A stretch of DNA of 64,000 nt from an uncultured delta proteobacterium (GTDB lineage: Bacteria; Myxococcota_A; Polyangia; Polyangiales; Polyangiaceae): NCBI GenBank assembly GCA_963850305.1, contig CAWKKR010000008.1, forward strand, positions 1,923,960 through 1,987,959. Direction: 5' to 3'. Positions 50,536 to 59,813 of this stretch are shown here, piece by piece; within the stretch, counting starts at the first letter, position 1, and each line of letters opens with the position of its first letter. The position numbers and the translations under genes were made by a program. The notes beneath the pieces are model-generated. The model searched no databases. It worked only from the letters and a program-made list of their open reading frames with translations, and was not told the origin of the DNA.

Positions 50536-51333
50536 GTGAACGATGCTTCCCCCGTCGACCTCACCCGGTTCGTCCTGACCCCCCGAGGGCCTCGCCGCGC
50601 GCCGTCCAGGGCGAGATCCCTCACGCCCGAAGTCTCGGACCGCCCGCGGTTCGAGCTATTTCAGCTCGACGCCGTCGAGTGGTTGCGCGCGCTGCCGGCG
50701 GAGAGCGTCGATCTCGTGATCACCGATCCGCCGTACGAGTCTCTCGAAAAGCACCGGGCCGTCGGGACCACGACGCGCCTGAAACACAGCAAGGCGTCGA
50801 GCAACGATTGGTTCCGGGTGTTCCCGAACGTCCGTTTCCCGGAGCTGTTCCGCGAGATCCATCGCGTGCTGGCGAGGGACCGCCACTTTTATCTGTTCAC
50901 GGACGCCGAGACGATGTTCGTCGCCAAGCCCGCAGCCGAGCAGGCGGGCTTTCGGTTCTGGAAACCGCTCGTCTGGGACAAGCGGAAGATCGGCATGGGC
51001 TATCATTACCGCGCTCGGCACGAATTCATCCTGTTCTTCGAGAAGGGCAAGCGGCGTCTCGCGGACCTGTCGATCCCCGACATCATCGAGCACCCCCGGA
51101 TCCGTGGCGGCTACCCGACGGAAAAGCCGTCTGTCGTGTCGGAGGTCCTGGTCCGCCAGAGCACGAAGCCTGGCGAGCGGGTCGCGGATCCGTTCATGGG
51201 TTCGTCGTCCGTCGGCGTCGCGGCTCTGTCGCTCGGGCGTCGCTTCGCGGGAACGGATACGTCGGATGCAGCCGTCACTCTGTCGCGAGCGCGACTGGAA
51301 GCCGTCGCAGCCACACGCGACGGAAGCTCGTGA
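50536..51333 (+). CDS. N4/N6 DNA methyltransferase (beta class)
   Basis: DLVITDPPY (motif IV) before YPTEKP and DPFMGS (motif I). Confidence 0.9.
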   Translation: MNDASPVDLTRFVLTPRGPRRAPSRARSLTPEVSDRPRFELFQLDAVEWLRALPAESVDLVITDPPYESLEKHRAVGTTTRLKHSKASSNDWFRVFPNVRFPELFREIHRVLARDRHFYLFTDAETMFVAKPAAEQAGFRFWKPLVWDKRKIGMGYHYRARHEFILFFEKGKRRLADLSIPDIIEHPRIRGGYPTEKPSVVSEVLVRQSTKPGERVADPFMGSSSVGVAALSLGRRFAGTDTSDAAVTLSRARLEAVAATRDGSS

Positions 51334-51809
51334 CAGGCAACGAATATAGAAAGCGCATCGCGGCGTACCTGGTGTCCGCGTACTGGGAGCGCGGCATCCA
51401 GGTGTACGAAGAGGTGAACCTCGGCACGTCGATCATCGGCAAGCAGCGGCGCATCGACTTATTCATCCTCGAGCCAGCAACGAAAAAGGCGTTCGCGCTC
51501 GAGTGCAAGTACCAGGACACCTCCGGGACCGCGGACGAGAAGATCCCCTACGCGCTCCAGGATCTGGCCGCGATGCGGGTGCCCGCCGCGCTCGCCTACG
51601 CCGGAGTCGGGTTCAGCGAAGGCGTACTTCACCTGCTTCAGGCGTCCGAGCTTGCCGCATTTTGCCTGCCCGACGACACCCTTCGCCCCCAGCCCCGACG
51701 TCAAGGCGACGTCATCGACTCGGGAACGTGGCAGCTGGACCACGTGCTCGCGATGGCCTTCGATTGGTGGGACGTGATTCTGTCCGGACGCACGCCCGTC
51801 GAAGCGTGA
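51330..51809 (+). CDS. PD-(D/E)XK superfamily nuclease
   Basis: RRIDLF...ALECKYQ..SGTADEKIPY; GTGA overlap with the methyltransferase. Confidence 0.78.
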   Translation: MTGNEYRKRIAAYLVSAYWERGIQVYEEVNLGTSIIGKQRRIDLFILEPATKKAFALECKYQDTSGTADEKIPYALQDLAAMRVPAALAYAGVGFSEGVLHLLQASELAAFCLPDDTLRPQPRRQGDVIDSGTWQLDHVLAMAFDWWDVILSGRTPVEA

Positions 51810-51837
51810 GCGCGCATCTATCGGTTCGTTGTCGCGC

Positions 51838-52650
51838 TCACGGTCCGTCAGGGGTGAAACGGTCGGCGCGGGCCAGCGCTTCCACCACCGGCGGCTCGTT
51901 CCCTCGCTCGACCAGGCGCGCTGTGTAGAGCACCTTTCCGTCGTCCGTGACGACGTCTCCGCCGATGTCGCGTTCGGGGATCTTCGCGCTCGTCGTGATG
52001 CTGAGCTTCGCCTGCTTGCGACCATAGGTGACTCTGTAGGTGGTCACGTCGCAATCGACCTGTTCCTCGCCCACGAGACAGGACGTGTGTTCCTTGCCGA
52101 GCACCTCGTCGTTGGTGTCGGGCGCAAACTGCGTCTTCTTCATCATCGCGTCGTAATCGGCGGTCGTCGCCGCGACTTCTCCGGTGTCCGTGATGCGCGA
52201 GACGGCGACGACGTCGTCGCCGCGCATCCGCACGCGGAGCGCGCTCATCGACGCGCCCTCTTCCAGGACGAAATCCACGACGAGCACGTCGGCTTCCTTC
52301 GCGACGACCTGCTCCGTGAGTGTTATTGGCTCCTTCGAGAACGCGCCCGAATACTGGTACACGTGGAAGTCGCCGAGTTTGCGCGCCGCGGCGGGCGCTC
52401 GTTCCGTTTCGCTCTTGGTCGCGGCGTCAGCGACGGTCGCGTCCGTCTCCGCGGGCTTGCTGACCTCGTCCTTCGGCGCCAGGGTGCTTCGCGCGTCCTT
52501 CTTGGCGGTTGGCTTCGCCGCGGACTTCGCTGGGCCCTTCGCAATCGCGGGCTTGGCCGTGCTGGCGGCGGTCCGGGGGACCCGCGCGGTTGCGCCGCAG
52601 GCGGTCGTGAGAACGGTTATCGAAGCGAGGGTGAGAGCGTGTCGCAGCAT
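51838..52650 (-). CDS. lipoprotein, hypothetical
   Basis: LTTA-C lipobox, Lys/Ala linker, beta-rich C-terminal domain. Confidence 0.7.
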   Translation of the reverse strand: MLRHALTLASITVLTTACGATARVPRTAASTAKPAIAKGPAKSAAKPTAKKDARSTLAPKDEVSKPAETDATVADAATKSETERAPAAARKLGDFHVYQYSGAFSKEPITLTEQVVAKEADVLVVDFVLEEGASMSALRVRMRGDDVVAVSRITDTGEVAATTADYDAMMKKTQFAPDTNDEVLGKEHTSCLVGEEQVDCDVTTYRVTYGRKQAKLSITTSAKIPERDIGGDVVTDDGKVLYTARLVERGNEPPVVEALARADRFTPDGP

Positions 52651-52775
52651 GTCTTCGCGGATACCGAGCCGGCGGAAACCGGGCCAAGTTCGGGGAACTC
52701 GGCTTGGATCTTGGCGGGCAGGTCCCTTATTCTTCCGAGACCGGCGAGAACTCGAATCTCGCCCGGAGGAACCCC

Positions 52776-53555
52776 ATGTCCGCGGTCGTTCACGTACCCG
52801 CCCCGAGCGGCCAAGACGAGTCAGTCGAAGCCGCCGAGCTGAAAACGAAGCTCGCCGCAGCCTTTCGTATCATCGCCCACTTCGACATGGATGACGGCAT
52901 AGCCGGGCACATCAGCGTCCGTGTCCCCGGCGCGCCCGACGAATTCTGGGTGAACCCGCTCGGCATGTTGTTCGAAGAGATCACGGGGGACGACCTCCTG
53001 CGCGTGAACCACATGGGCGAGGTCCTGAGCGGCCGACACCGCTACTACAACCGCGCTGGCTTCTGCATCCACTCGGCGATCCACCGCCGCCGCCCCGAAG
53101 TGAACGCGATCTGTCACACCCACCCGCCCAGGGGCACCGCATTCAGCGCGCTCGGCGTGCCGATGAAGATCCTCGATCAGACGGCGTGCTCGTTCTTCGA
53201 CGATCAGGCGGTGTTCACCAAATATACCGGTGTAGTCACCGAGCCTGAGCTCGCGGACGAGCTTGCCGTCGCGCTCGGCGACAAACGTGTCGCGATCCTC
53301 CAGAATCACGGCGTGCTCACGTGCGCGACCACCGTCGAACAGGCGGTCATCGACATGCTCGACATGGAACGCACGTGCGGGCTCAACCTGCTGGCACTCG
53401 CGGCCGGAGCAGTCCGCGAAGTGCCCGATGATGTCGCGGAGGCGACCAAGCACACGTTCGTCAGCCCCGGTCGCGTCCGTCTCGAATGGCGCGCCCGTGT
53501 GCGTCAGATCGAGCGGTCCGACCCGCACTACGCCGGCATGAAAAGGGACCGCTGA
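52776..53555 (+). CDS. class II aldolase/adducin family protein
   Basis: GHISVR, FWVNP, IHSAIH, CHTH, LQNHG; GGAGG RBS. Confidence 0.9.
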   Translation: MSAVVHVPAPSGQDESVEAAELKTKLAAAFRIIAHFDMDDGIAGHISVRVPGAPDEFWVNPLGMLFEEITGDDLLRVNHMGEVLSGRHRYYNRAGFCIHSAIHRRRPEVNAICHTHPPRGTAFSALGVPMKILDQTACSFFDDQAVFTKYTGVVTEPELADELAVALGDKRVAILQNHGVLTCATTVEQAVIDMLDMERTCGLNLLALAAGAVREVPDDVAEATKHTFVSPGRVRLEWRARVRQIERSDPHYAGMKRDR

Positions 53556-53645
53556 CCCCGGAGATCGCCCGAGTCCGGTGCAGGTCTCTCCGCGATCGAC
53601 ACGAGCCGAGCGCGGGGTCGACGGCGGCTCCCGCGAGCTGCGCGT

Positions 53646-54344
53646 TCAGAGAAACGACGACAGCGGAAAATCCACGGGAATCGTTTGCGAGCTGCCAGCA
53701 TCGATCGACACGGCCGGGGGAGTGATCTCGGTCGTCACCTCTTTGCTGCTCGAATCGGTGAGCACGATGTTGGCGTCGTAGGTGCCGGGCGGGAGCGGAA
53801 TGTCCGTCGTGAACGCGTTGCAATCCGCGGTGTACTCACCGACCTGGTCTCCGGTAGCGTCGTCGTTGACGATGACGTCGAGCGTCGCCGCGCCGTTGGC
53901 GCTGCACGAGCCCGGATCCGTACCGCCGGCGATGGTCCACTTGACGATGAGGTCACCCGTCGTCGGGGCGAGAAATGAGCTCTGTGGAAAAGCGATCGGG
54001 ACCGACGTATCCGCGTTCGAAGAGATGTCCGCTGAACCCTCGATGGCGGTCGTCAGCACCGTGTTGTTCGCGTCCTCGAGCACGATGTTCGTGTCATAGG
54101 TGCCCGGCGGAAGCGGGATATCCACCGCGAAGGCCGAGCAGTCCGCCGTGTACTCGCCCACCTTCGTTCCGTTGTGATCCACGATGACGTCGAGCGTCGT
54201 CGCGCCGTTTGCGTCGCATGCGCTCGGATCCTTCGTGCCACCGATCGTCCAGTCGATCACCAGATCACCGTCCGCCGGGTGACTGCTGCCGCCGCAGCCG
54301 AACAGCACACCCGCCGCGATCGTCGAAACCAGGATTTTTCTCAT
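53646..54344 (-). CDS. lipoprotein with two tandem ~105-aa beta-rich domains
   Basis: LFG-C; GDL...WTI.G..DP..C.ANGA.TLDVIV...VGEYTADC.AF..DIPLPPGTYD.NIVL...FP.SSFL twice. Confidence 0.78.
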   Translation of the reverse strand: MRKILVSTIAAGVLFGCGGSSHPADGDLVIDWTIGGTKDPSACDANGATTLDVIVDHNGTKVGEYTADCSAFAVDIPLPPGTYDTNIVLEDANNTVLTTAIEGSADISSNADTSVPIAFPQSSFLAPTTGDLIVKWTIAGGTDPGSCSANGAATLDVIVNDDATGDQVGEYTADCNAFTTDIPLPPGTYDANIVLTDSSSKEVTTEITPPAVSIDAGSSQTIPVDFPLSSFL

Positions 54345-54494
54345 GATTCGGATCCTCCGTAACATGGACTCACACACATCACTCCACGCCGGAGTGAGCA
54401 TACACGAACCGCCCCGGCGAATCGAGGTTCCAGGAGAGCCACCCGGGAGCGTTCCCGGACCTCCCGCGGCTAGCGCTTTTGACGTGCGGGCCTC

Positions 54495-55817
54495 TCAGTG
54501 AATGGCGTGACACCCGAGGATCACGTCGACGGACGCCGTAGGGTCGGCCCTGACGGTGTCGCACGCGGCGCCGCACAAGACGACGCGGCTCGGGTCGTCG
54601 TTTCCGGCGGCGTCCTTCCCGAACTGCCATCCGTTCGCGCCGTTGTCGCAGGGGCTCGTGTCCTGGGGGAAGCAGATCGGATCGCTCCCGGCGTGCGAGT
54701 ACTGCACGTTGACGAGCGTCGTCGCGCCACCAGGGGGAGTCTGGAATTCGCAACCGATGGCCTTGCCGCTGATGCTGCCGAGCGCCTGCGCCAGCACTCC
54801 CGCGAAGTCCGGATCCGTCGTGAGGTCGTAGTGGCAGTCCCCGACGCCGCCGTCGCCGCCGTCGCCATGGGTGCAGTCCGGTGTGCGCGCCGTACCTCCG
54901 CGATAGGCGAGCTCCGACAGGAAGCCACGCGCGGCTTCGCTCCCCGGAGAGCCGATCACGAACGTCCGGATGTTCGCTTCCCGCGCTTTCTCGACCTCGA
55001 CATCGAGGAGCTGGGCGCGAGCCGCCGCGATGTCCGCCGCGTCCGTCGGGTCGCCCTTGGTCCCGCAATCCTCCTCGCCGTCCGTCATCACGACGACGTA
55101 ACGGTTGCCCGGAGCATGCAGATCCTGATGCAGGTGGTGATACGCCTCGATGACCGCGCCGACGATCGGCGTCCCGCCAGCGGGCGAGGATGCCGCCATC
55201 GCGTCGGAGAGCGCCGTGAGCTGCACGGAGGTGGGCGCCGCGAGCTCGACGGACGGAGTCGAATCCACGCCGCAATAAGCGTCGTTGCTGAAGAGCGAAA
55301 GCCCGACGATCGACGTGGTGCCGGATAGGCTCTGGAAGGCCCCGTTCAGGGCCGCGACCGTCGTCTCCCACTTCGACGGCTTCCCCGGGTCGAGTCGAGT
55401 GGGATTCGCGTTGCAAGCGTCGTCGCTCTGCACGGGGGGTGCATTGCAGGCCATGCTGCCGCTGCGATCGACCACGAAGAGGATGCTCGACGGCACCTCC
55501 TTCGAAGCGAAGCTCGTCGCGTCGCAGGCCCCGGAGCCCTTGAGGTCCGCGCACAGCTGCTGGGGCGTGCTCGTGTCGGTCGGCGCGAGGGTGCCGGCGA
55601 GATCGTTCGCGGGGCACGTGCACGCGGAGAGCCCTTCTATCGCGTCGCAGGATTGGGTGCCTGACTCCGTGCCGTCCGGGCAATAACAACTCTGCGTTGC
55701 GGACGTGCACTCTGCGGCTTGCGTCTCGGACGTGCTCTTCGGAGCCGCCCCGCCGCCGGGACTGCACCCTCCGAGAAGGAGCGCACCGCTCACGAGGATC
55801 GAGGTGTAGCGAATCAT
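54495..55817 (-). CDS. vWA-domain Cys-rich lipoprotein (CglB-like architecture)
   Basis: LGG-C; MIDAS elements VDRSGSM, GGTP, MTDG, TFVIG; C-terminal LCGAACD...ILGC. Confidence 0.82.
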   Translation of the reverse strand: MIRYTSILVSGALLLGGCSPGGGAAPKSTSETQAAECTSATQSCYCPDGTESGTQSCDAIEGLSACTCPANDLAGTLAPTDTSTPQQLCADLKGSGACDATSFASKEVPSSILFVVDRSGSMACNAPPVQSDDACNANPTRLDPGKPSKWETTVAALNGAFQSLSGTTSIVGLSLFSNDAYCGVDSTPSVELAAPTSVQLTALSDAMAASSPAGGTPIVGAVIEAYHHLHQDLHAPGNRYVVVMTDGEEDCGTKGDPTDAADIAAARAQLLDVEVEKAREANIRTFVIGSPGSEAARGFLSELAYRGGTARTPDCTHGDGGDGGVGDCHYDLTTDPDFAGVLAQALGSISGKAIGCEFQTPPGGATTLVNVQYSHAGSDPICFPQDTSPCDNGANGWQFGKDAAGNDDPSRVVLCGAACDTVRADPTASVDVILGCHAIH

Positions 55818-56872
55818 GGCTTGCACTCCCTGAGGCACAGCGAAAAGAGGCTCGCTTTCAGACACGGAACCGTCTCTCCCGGGAACGAGGCCGCACAGTC
55901 CGCGTCCGTGTTGCAGGTGGGCGTTCCGAGGGCGTTGTTGCAGAGCAGCTTGTTCGGACCGAGGAGACCCGCGCCGCACGTGAGGCTCGACGGACAGGGC
56001 TTCAGATTCGGGTCCGTCAGATCGGTCGGCAGCGCGGCGGCAAACTGTCCGGAACCGCCGTAGCCGTCGCGGCTGAGATCGCGCGGCTGGGACGGCGCGA
56101 GCTTGCCGGGAGGCGTCGCGCTCGTCTCGCGCACGTCCCATTGACCGTCCACGAACGTGTGGGTCGGCTTGTCGTACCTGGCGCTCATCACGCCGTCGAA
56201 GCTCTGCGGGAGAAGGCCGCTCACGAGGATCGAGTAGGTGCCGTTCGTCATCTGCCCGGTGAAGACCCCGCTGCTGCAGTTGAGCTGCCCCTGGATCTGA
56301 GCCTTGAACGGGAACAGAGCGTCGGCGAGACCGTCGACCTCTCCCTGCACGGCCTGCGTGATCTCTCCGCCCTGCGCGGGGGATAGGGTGAAGTGGAAGC
56401 CTGACGGAGCGCCCGGCGTGTCGACGTTCGTGATCGGCAGGGGGACGGGCGTCGGATTCAGCATCGAGTAATAGAGCCCCTGGAGATTCCCCTCGTATTG
56501 CCCCGGCGGGCACGAGCCGTCGTCGACGGGCTTCGCCGTGCTCTGCCAGTTGAAGGTGATGTCGGTTCGAAGGTTGCCGGCGAACGTCAGCGTGCTGCTG
56601 TCGATCGCGGGAGCGCCCCCCGAACCGCCTCCGGGCGTCACGCTGGAGGAGGTGGCGCAGTCACAGCTCGCCCACGTTCCCGAGAGACACGTTTGGCTGC
56701 CGTTCGCCGCGCCGCATTTGCAGGGGAGCGTCAGGTTCTCCGGTTCGCAAGCCCCCGAGCTCACCACGGAGCCGTGGAGCCCGTCGGGGCCGGCCCCGGC
56801 GCTGCAGGCTGGGATGAGCAAGAAAGGGACGATCTTCGTGAACCATCGCCGCTCGTGAGCCGTGGTGTGCAT
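55814..56872 (-). CDS. Cys-rich lipoprotein, translationally coupled to the vWA gene
   Basis: LIPA-C; C.C....G.Q.C....W..C.C module; CPPGQYEG; stop overlaps the next ATG. Confidence 0.7.
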   Translation of the reverse strand: MHTTAHERRWFTKIVPFLLIPACSAGAGPDGLHGSVVSSGACEPENLTLPCKCGAANGSQTCLSGTWASCDCATSSSVTPGGGSGGAPAIDSSTLTFAGNLRTDITFNWQSTAKPVDDGSCPPGQYEGNLQGLYYSMLNPTPVPLPITNVDTPGAPSGFHFTLSPAQGGEITQAVQGEVDGLADALFPFKAQIQGQLNCSSGVFTGQMTNGTYSILVSGLLPQSFDGVMSARYDKPTHTFVDGQWDVRETSATPPGKLAPSQPRDLSRDGYGGSGQFAAALPTDLTDPNLKPCPSSLTCGAGLLGPNKLLCNNALGTPTCNTDADCAASFPGETVPCLKASLFSLCLRECKP

Positions 56873-57011
56873 TTCGTCGTTTGAGTCGCGGGCCTCGGCG
56901 AGCAGGCTGGAGGGAATCGTGCGTGGCCACACGGGTGCCTCTTATTTGCCGCGCGGGTGCCCCCGAACCGGCACTGGCGGTTACACTCCGGCGCGGTTCC
57001 GGCGATCGAAC

Positions 57012-58031
57012 ATGCCCAAGTTCATCACGTACACCGATCGCGTCCTTCACGTTCATCACCCGCGCGTCGTCGTGGAGACGGCCGTCGAGCATGGTGCCGA
57101 GAGGGCCGCGCTGTTCGAAAATTCCGAGCTCACGGCCGAGATGCTGACGAGCCCGCACATGCGGGTCTCGTACGCGCAGTACGGCATCCTGAGTTACAAC
57201 GCGCTCCGGCTCACCGGAAACCCTGCCCTCGGCCTCCACGTGGGCCGCAACACCGGCATCGGGCAAATGGGAGCCATCGGCTTTCTGCTCCAGAACAGCC
57301 CGACCATCGGCGCCGCGCTGGCGGCGCTCATCGAGTACGAAGCGTCCGTCGTTCCGGGGTGGGACTTCACCCTCGACGTCGAGGGTGACCAGGCGACGCT
57401 GACGCTCGCAGAGACGATCCCGATGAATCCACTCCGCGAGTTCGCCCACGAGGTGACCCTCGCGACGATCGACAATCAGACGCGCGCACTCCAGGGCGGA
57501 AAATCGATCCCGGTGCGCCGGATCGAGATCCCGTTCTCCGAGCCCGCCCACGCGAGCGAGTACCGCGCGCTCTTCTACGACGTTCCCATCCACTTCGACC
57601 GGCCCGTGGCGAAGGTGGTCTTCGACCGCGCGCTCCTTGACGTCAGGGTTCCGTTCGCCAATCCCGCCACTCTCCAGCTGGCACGGGAATTCTGCGCCCG
57701 CCTCATGCCGCAGGAAGCCTCTCAGGGGCTCGTGTCCCAGGTGAAGCGGCTTCTTTCGACCGAGCTCGGCCCGCCTCCAAGCCCGGGAGAGATTGCGCGG
57801 AAGCTCCAGACCAGCACGCGGACCCTGCGTCGCGAGCTCAGCTCGATGCGCACGTCGTACAAGGAGCTCGTCGACGAGTCCCGCCGGCTTCGAGCCGAGG
57901 CGTGGATGAAGACGAGCTCGCTGCCGGTGAAGCAGCTCGCCGAGGTGCTCGGGTTCTCCTCCACGGCGAGCCTCCGCCGCGCGTACAAGAGGTGGACGGG
58001 AACCGTGCCCGGCAGTCGCCGCAAGCGTTAG
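57012..58031 (+). CDS. AraC-family transcriptional regulator (OruR/ArgR type)
   Basis: PALGLHVG...G.IGF...SPT, IARKLQTSTRTLRREL, LGFSSTASLRRAYKRWTG..P. Confidence 0.92.
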   Translation: MPKFITYTDRVLHVHHPRVVVETAVEHGAERAALFENSELTAEMLTSPHMRVSYAQYGILSYNALRLTGNPALGLHVGRNTGIGQMGAIGFLLQNSPTIGAALAALIEYEASVVPGWDFTLDVEGDQATLTLAETIPMNPLREFAHEVTLATIDNQTRALQGGKSIPVRRIEIPFSEPAHASEYRALFYDVPIHFDRPVAKVVFDRALLDVRVPFANPATLQLAREFCARLMPQEASQGLVSQVKRLLSTELGPPPSPGEIARKLQTSTRTLRRELSSMRTSYKELVDESRRLRAEAWMKTSSLPVKQLAEVLGFSSTASLRRAYKRWTGTVPGSRRKR

Positions 58032-58039
58032 GTGCTTGG

Positions 58040-58336
58040 TCGCGCAGGTGCTTGGTCTTCCACGAGAGTTCGGGGATCGTCATCGACCTCTGCTCGGCAC
58101 ACGGGGTTTGGTTCGATCAGGGAGAGCTTGCGATGGTCTTCGAGTTCGCTGAAACGGGCGCACTGGCGAAGGCCGAACGTGACGCCGCTCAACGCTCGGT
58201 CGCGAGGAAGAAGCTGGACGCCTTCGAGCAGCGGCTCGTGGCGGGTGGCCCCTTCCGGTACGCTGGTTCTGTCCAGTTCGGTTACCCTCTTGTCGCGCTG
58301 GAAGATGTCTCTGAGGTTGTCCCGGACCAGGACTGA
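58040..58336 (+). pseudogene. remnant of a zf-TFIIB-like domain protein
   Basis: SGIVIDLCSAHGVWFDQGEL is the second half of this zinc ribbon; the first CPxC and a start codon are missing. Confidence 0.5.
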
Positions 58337-58416
58337 TCCGGTCACCAGGCTGAGAACGCCCTGGATCGGAGGCCGTGAACCCGCCGCCTCGACGGCCACC
58401 ACGCACCGATCCTCGA

Positions 58417-58923
58417 TCACCTTCGTTCAGCGACGTTTCCGACGATTCTCCGACGATTCAAGCGTGTCGATTTCGCTCGTCGAGATGCGCCTGTCGAGGC
58501 TGACCGGGGGGCCTTGGCCTCGGGACGAAGCTCCTCCAGGCGGCGGGGATCGCGAGCAAGCAGGGTGAGCAGGTGGGTCATCGGGACGCTGGGCGTCTGG
58601 CTTCCCGCTTCGTACTTCTGGAAGGCCCTCGGGCCTCCACCGAGTAGCTCGCCGGCCTTGCGCTGGCTGAGCCCGAGCTTCTCCCGGATGGCCGCAACCT
58701 CCGCCGGAGGGAGCACTTGCTCGGCCTTCGCCTTCAAGTCCTGGAGGGCTCGGCTGTACTTGCGGAGATCGTCACCGGTCAGGATGCCCTCACCGCAGGA
58801 CTCGCACCACCAGCCTGTGACCCGAACCTTGTCTTCCAGGTCGCGGTACTTGAGCGGCCGAATCCTCGATCCGAACTTCATCGTGCCGCCGCATTCGGGG
58901 CACGGTTGGGTCTTGGTCTTCAT
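58417..58923 (-). CDS. mqsA: MqsA-family antitoxin (zinc finger + HTH)
   Basis: CPECGG ... CESCGE; IREKLGLSQRKAGELLGGGPRAFQKYEAG..PS. Confidence 0.88.
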   Translation of the reverse strand: MKTKTQPCPECGGTMKFGSRIRPLKYRDLEDKVRVTGWWCESCGEGILTGDDLRKYSRALQDLKAKAEQVLPPAEVAAIREKLGLSQRKAGELLGGGPRAFQKYEAGSQTPSVPMTHLLTLLARDPRRLEELRPEAKAPRSASTGASRRAKSTRLNRRRIVGNVAERR

Positions 58924-58925
58924 GA

Positions 58926-59231
58926 CTACTTGTCCTTCAGCGAGATCAGTAGGTAGCCGGATTCGTCCGTCGTGAACTTCACGTAGAGGAGCCGAGCCTC
59001 GAACGGGAGGTGGTAGACGTCCTGCCAGATGCGGTGGTCGCGAACCGACGTCATCGATTTGTAGAAATGGATGCGCTCCACCGTCTGGATGAGGTCCACG
59101 ATCCCGGCATCGGAAAGCCCGAGGTCGAGCGTGGCGAACTTCAGGCTGGTTTCGGTGAGCCGAAGCCCGCCAACGGTCGAGAACGTGGACTTGATCGAGA
59201 CGAGGTCGTAGTGGGGACGCCTCTTCTCCAT
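58926..59231 (-). CDS. mqsR: MqsR-family mRNA interferase toxin
   Basis: MEKRRPHYDL, FYKSMTS..DH.IWQDVYH, LYVKF, LLISLKDK. Confidence 0.92.
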   Translation of the reverse strand: MEKRRPHYDLVSIKSTFSTVGGLRLTETSLKFATLDLGLSDAGIVDLIQTVERIHFYKSMTSVRDHRIWQDVYHLPFEARLLYVKFTTDESGYLLISLKDK

Positions 59232-59239
59232 CGACCTGA

Positions 59240-59268
59240 AGAGTGGCACCTAGAAGGGGCCACGTCAA
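59240..59268 (-). promoter_or_regulatory. putative mqsRA promoter with overlapping palindromic operator
   Basis: Minus strand TTGACG-17 nt-CACTCT; inverted repeat GTGGCACCT-AGA-AGGGGCCAC (59243-59263) spans the spacer. Confidence 0.55.
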
Positions 59269-59319
59269 GCTCCGGTGGCCATCACTTCCCTCGTCATCTT
59301 CCCCGGACTCGCCCAGCCG

Positions 59320-59620
59320 TCTCCACATCCGAGGTCACGACCTGCGGGCAACGTTCGTCACGGTGTCCCTCGCCGCGGGAAAGACCGAAACGTGGGTCTC
59401 CAATCGTACCGGCCACAAGTCGAGCCAGATGATCGCTCGCTACCGTCGTGTCGCTCGAACGCACGCAGAGTCGAAGCTCGGGCCATTCGGCAGTCTCGTG
59501 GAAGCGATCCCCGAACTTCGAGAAGGGCGTCCCCGCCTTCGTCTGGTGGATGCGTCGAACGAGCAACGACGTCCGAGGCGAACACCGTCAGCCGCGAGGA
59601 GGTCGAAATCTCGTCGCTGA
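59320..59620 (+). pseudogene. C-terminal remnant of a tyrosine integrase
   Basis: IRGHDLRATFVT...RTGHKSSQMIARY (H-x-x-R, H and Y catalytic motifs); N-terminal part absent. Confidence 0.75.
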
Positions 59621-59688
59621 GCTTGGTGCAAACCTTGGTGCGGCCCCCGCTTGGTGCATTTTGGAACTCTGCAACTTTGCGGAATCAG

Positions 59689-59736
59689 GGCACGCCCGGA
59701 GGGATTCGAACCCCCGACCAGTGGATTAGAAATCCA
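59689..59736 (-). tRNA. 3' half of tRNA-Arg(UCU), non-functional; probable att-site duplication
   Basis: Reverse complement TGGA-TTTCTAA-TCCA CTGGTC GGGGG-TTCGAAT-CCCTC CGGGCGTGCC gives anticodon loop (TCT), T-arm and 3' acceptor strand; no D-arm or 5' acceptor strand. Confidence 0.8.
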
Positions 59737-59813
59737 GTAGAGATTCGCCAACAGAGCAAGAAAAATGCGGTTTTCGCGTTCCAGTGAGAACCTGGCGAGA
59801 ACCGACGCACCGC

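Noticed and set aside
59689..59765. Complete tRNA-Arg gene
   Set aside because: Sequence 5' of the anticodon stem cannot form a D-arm or pair with the acceptor strand.
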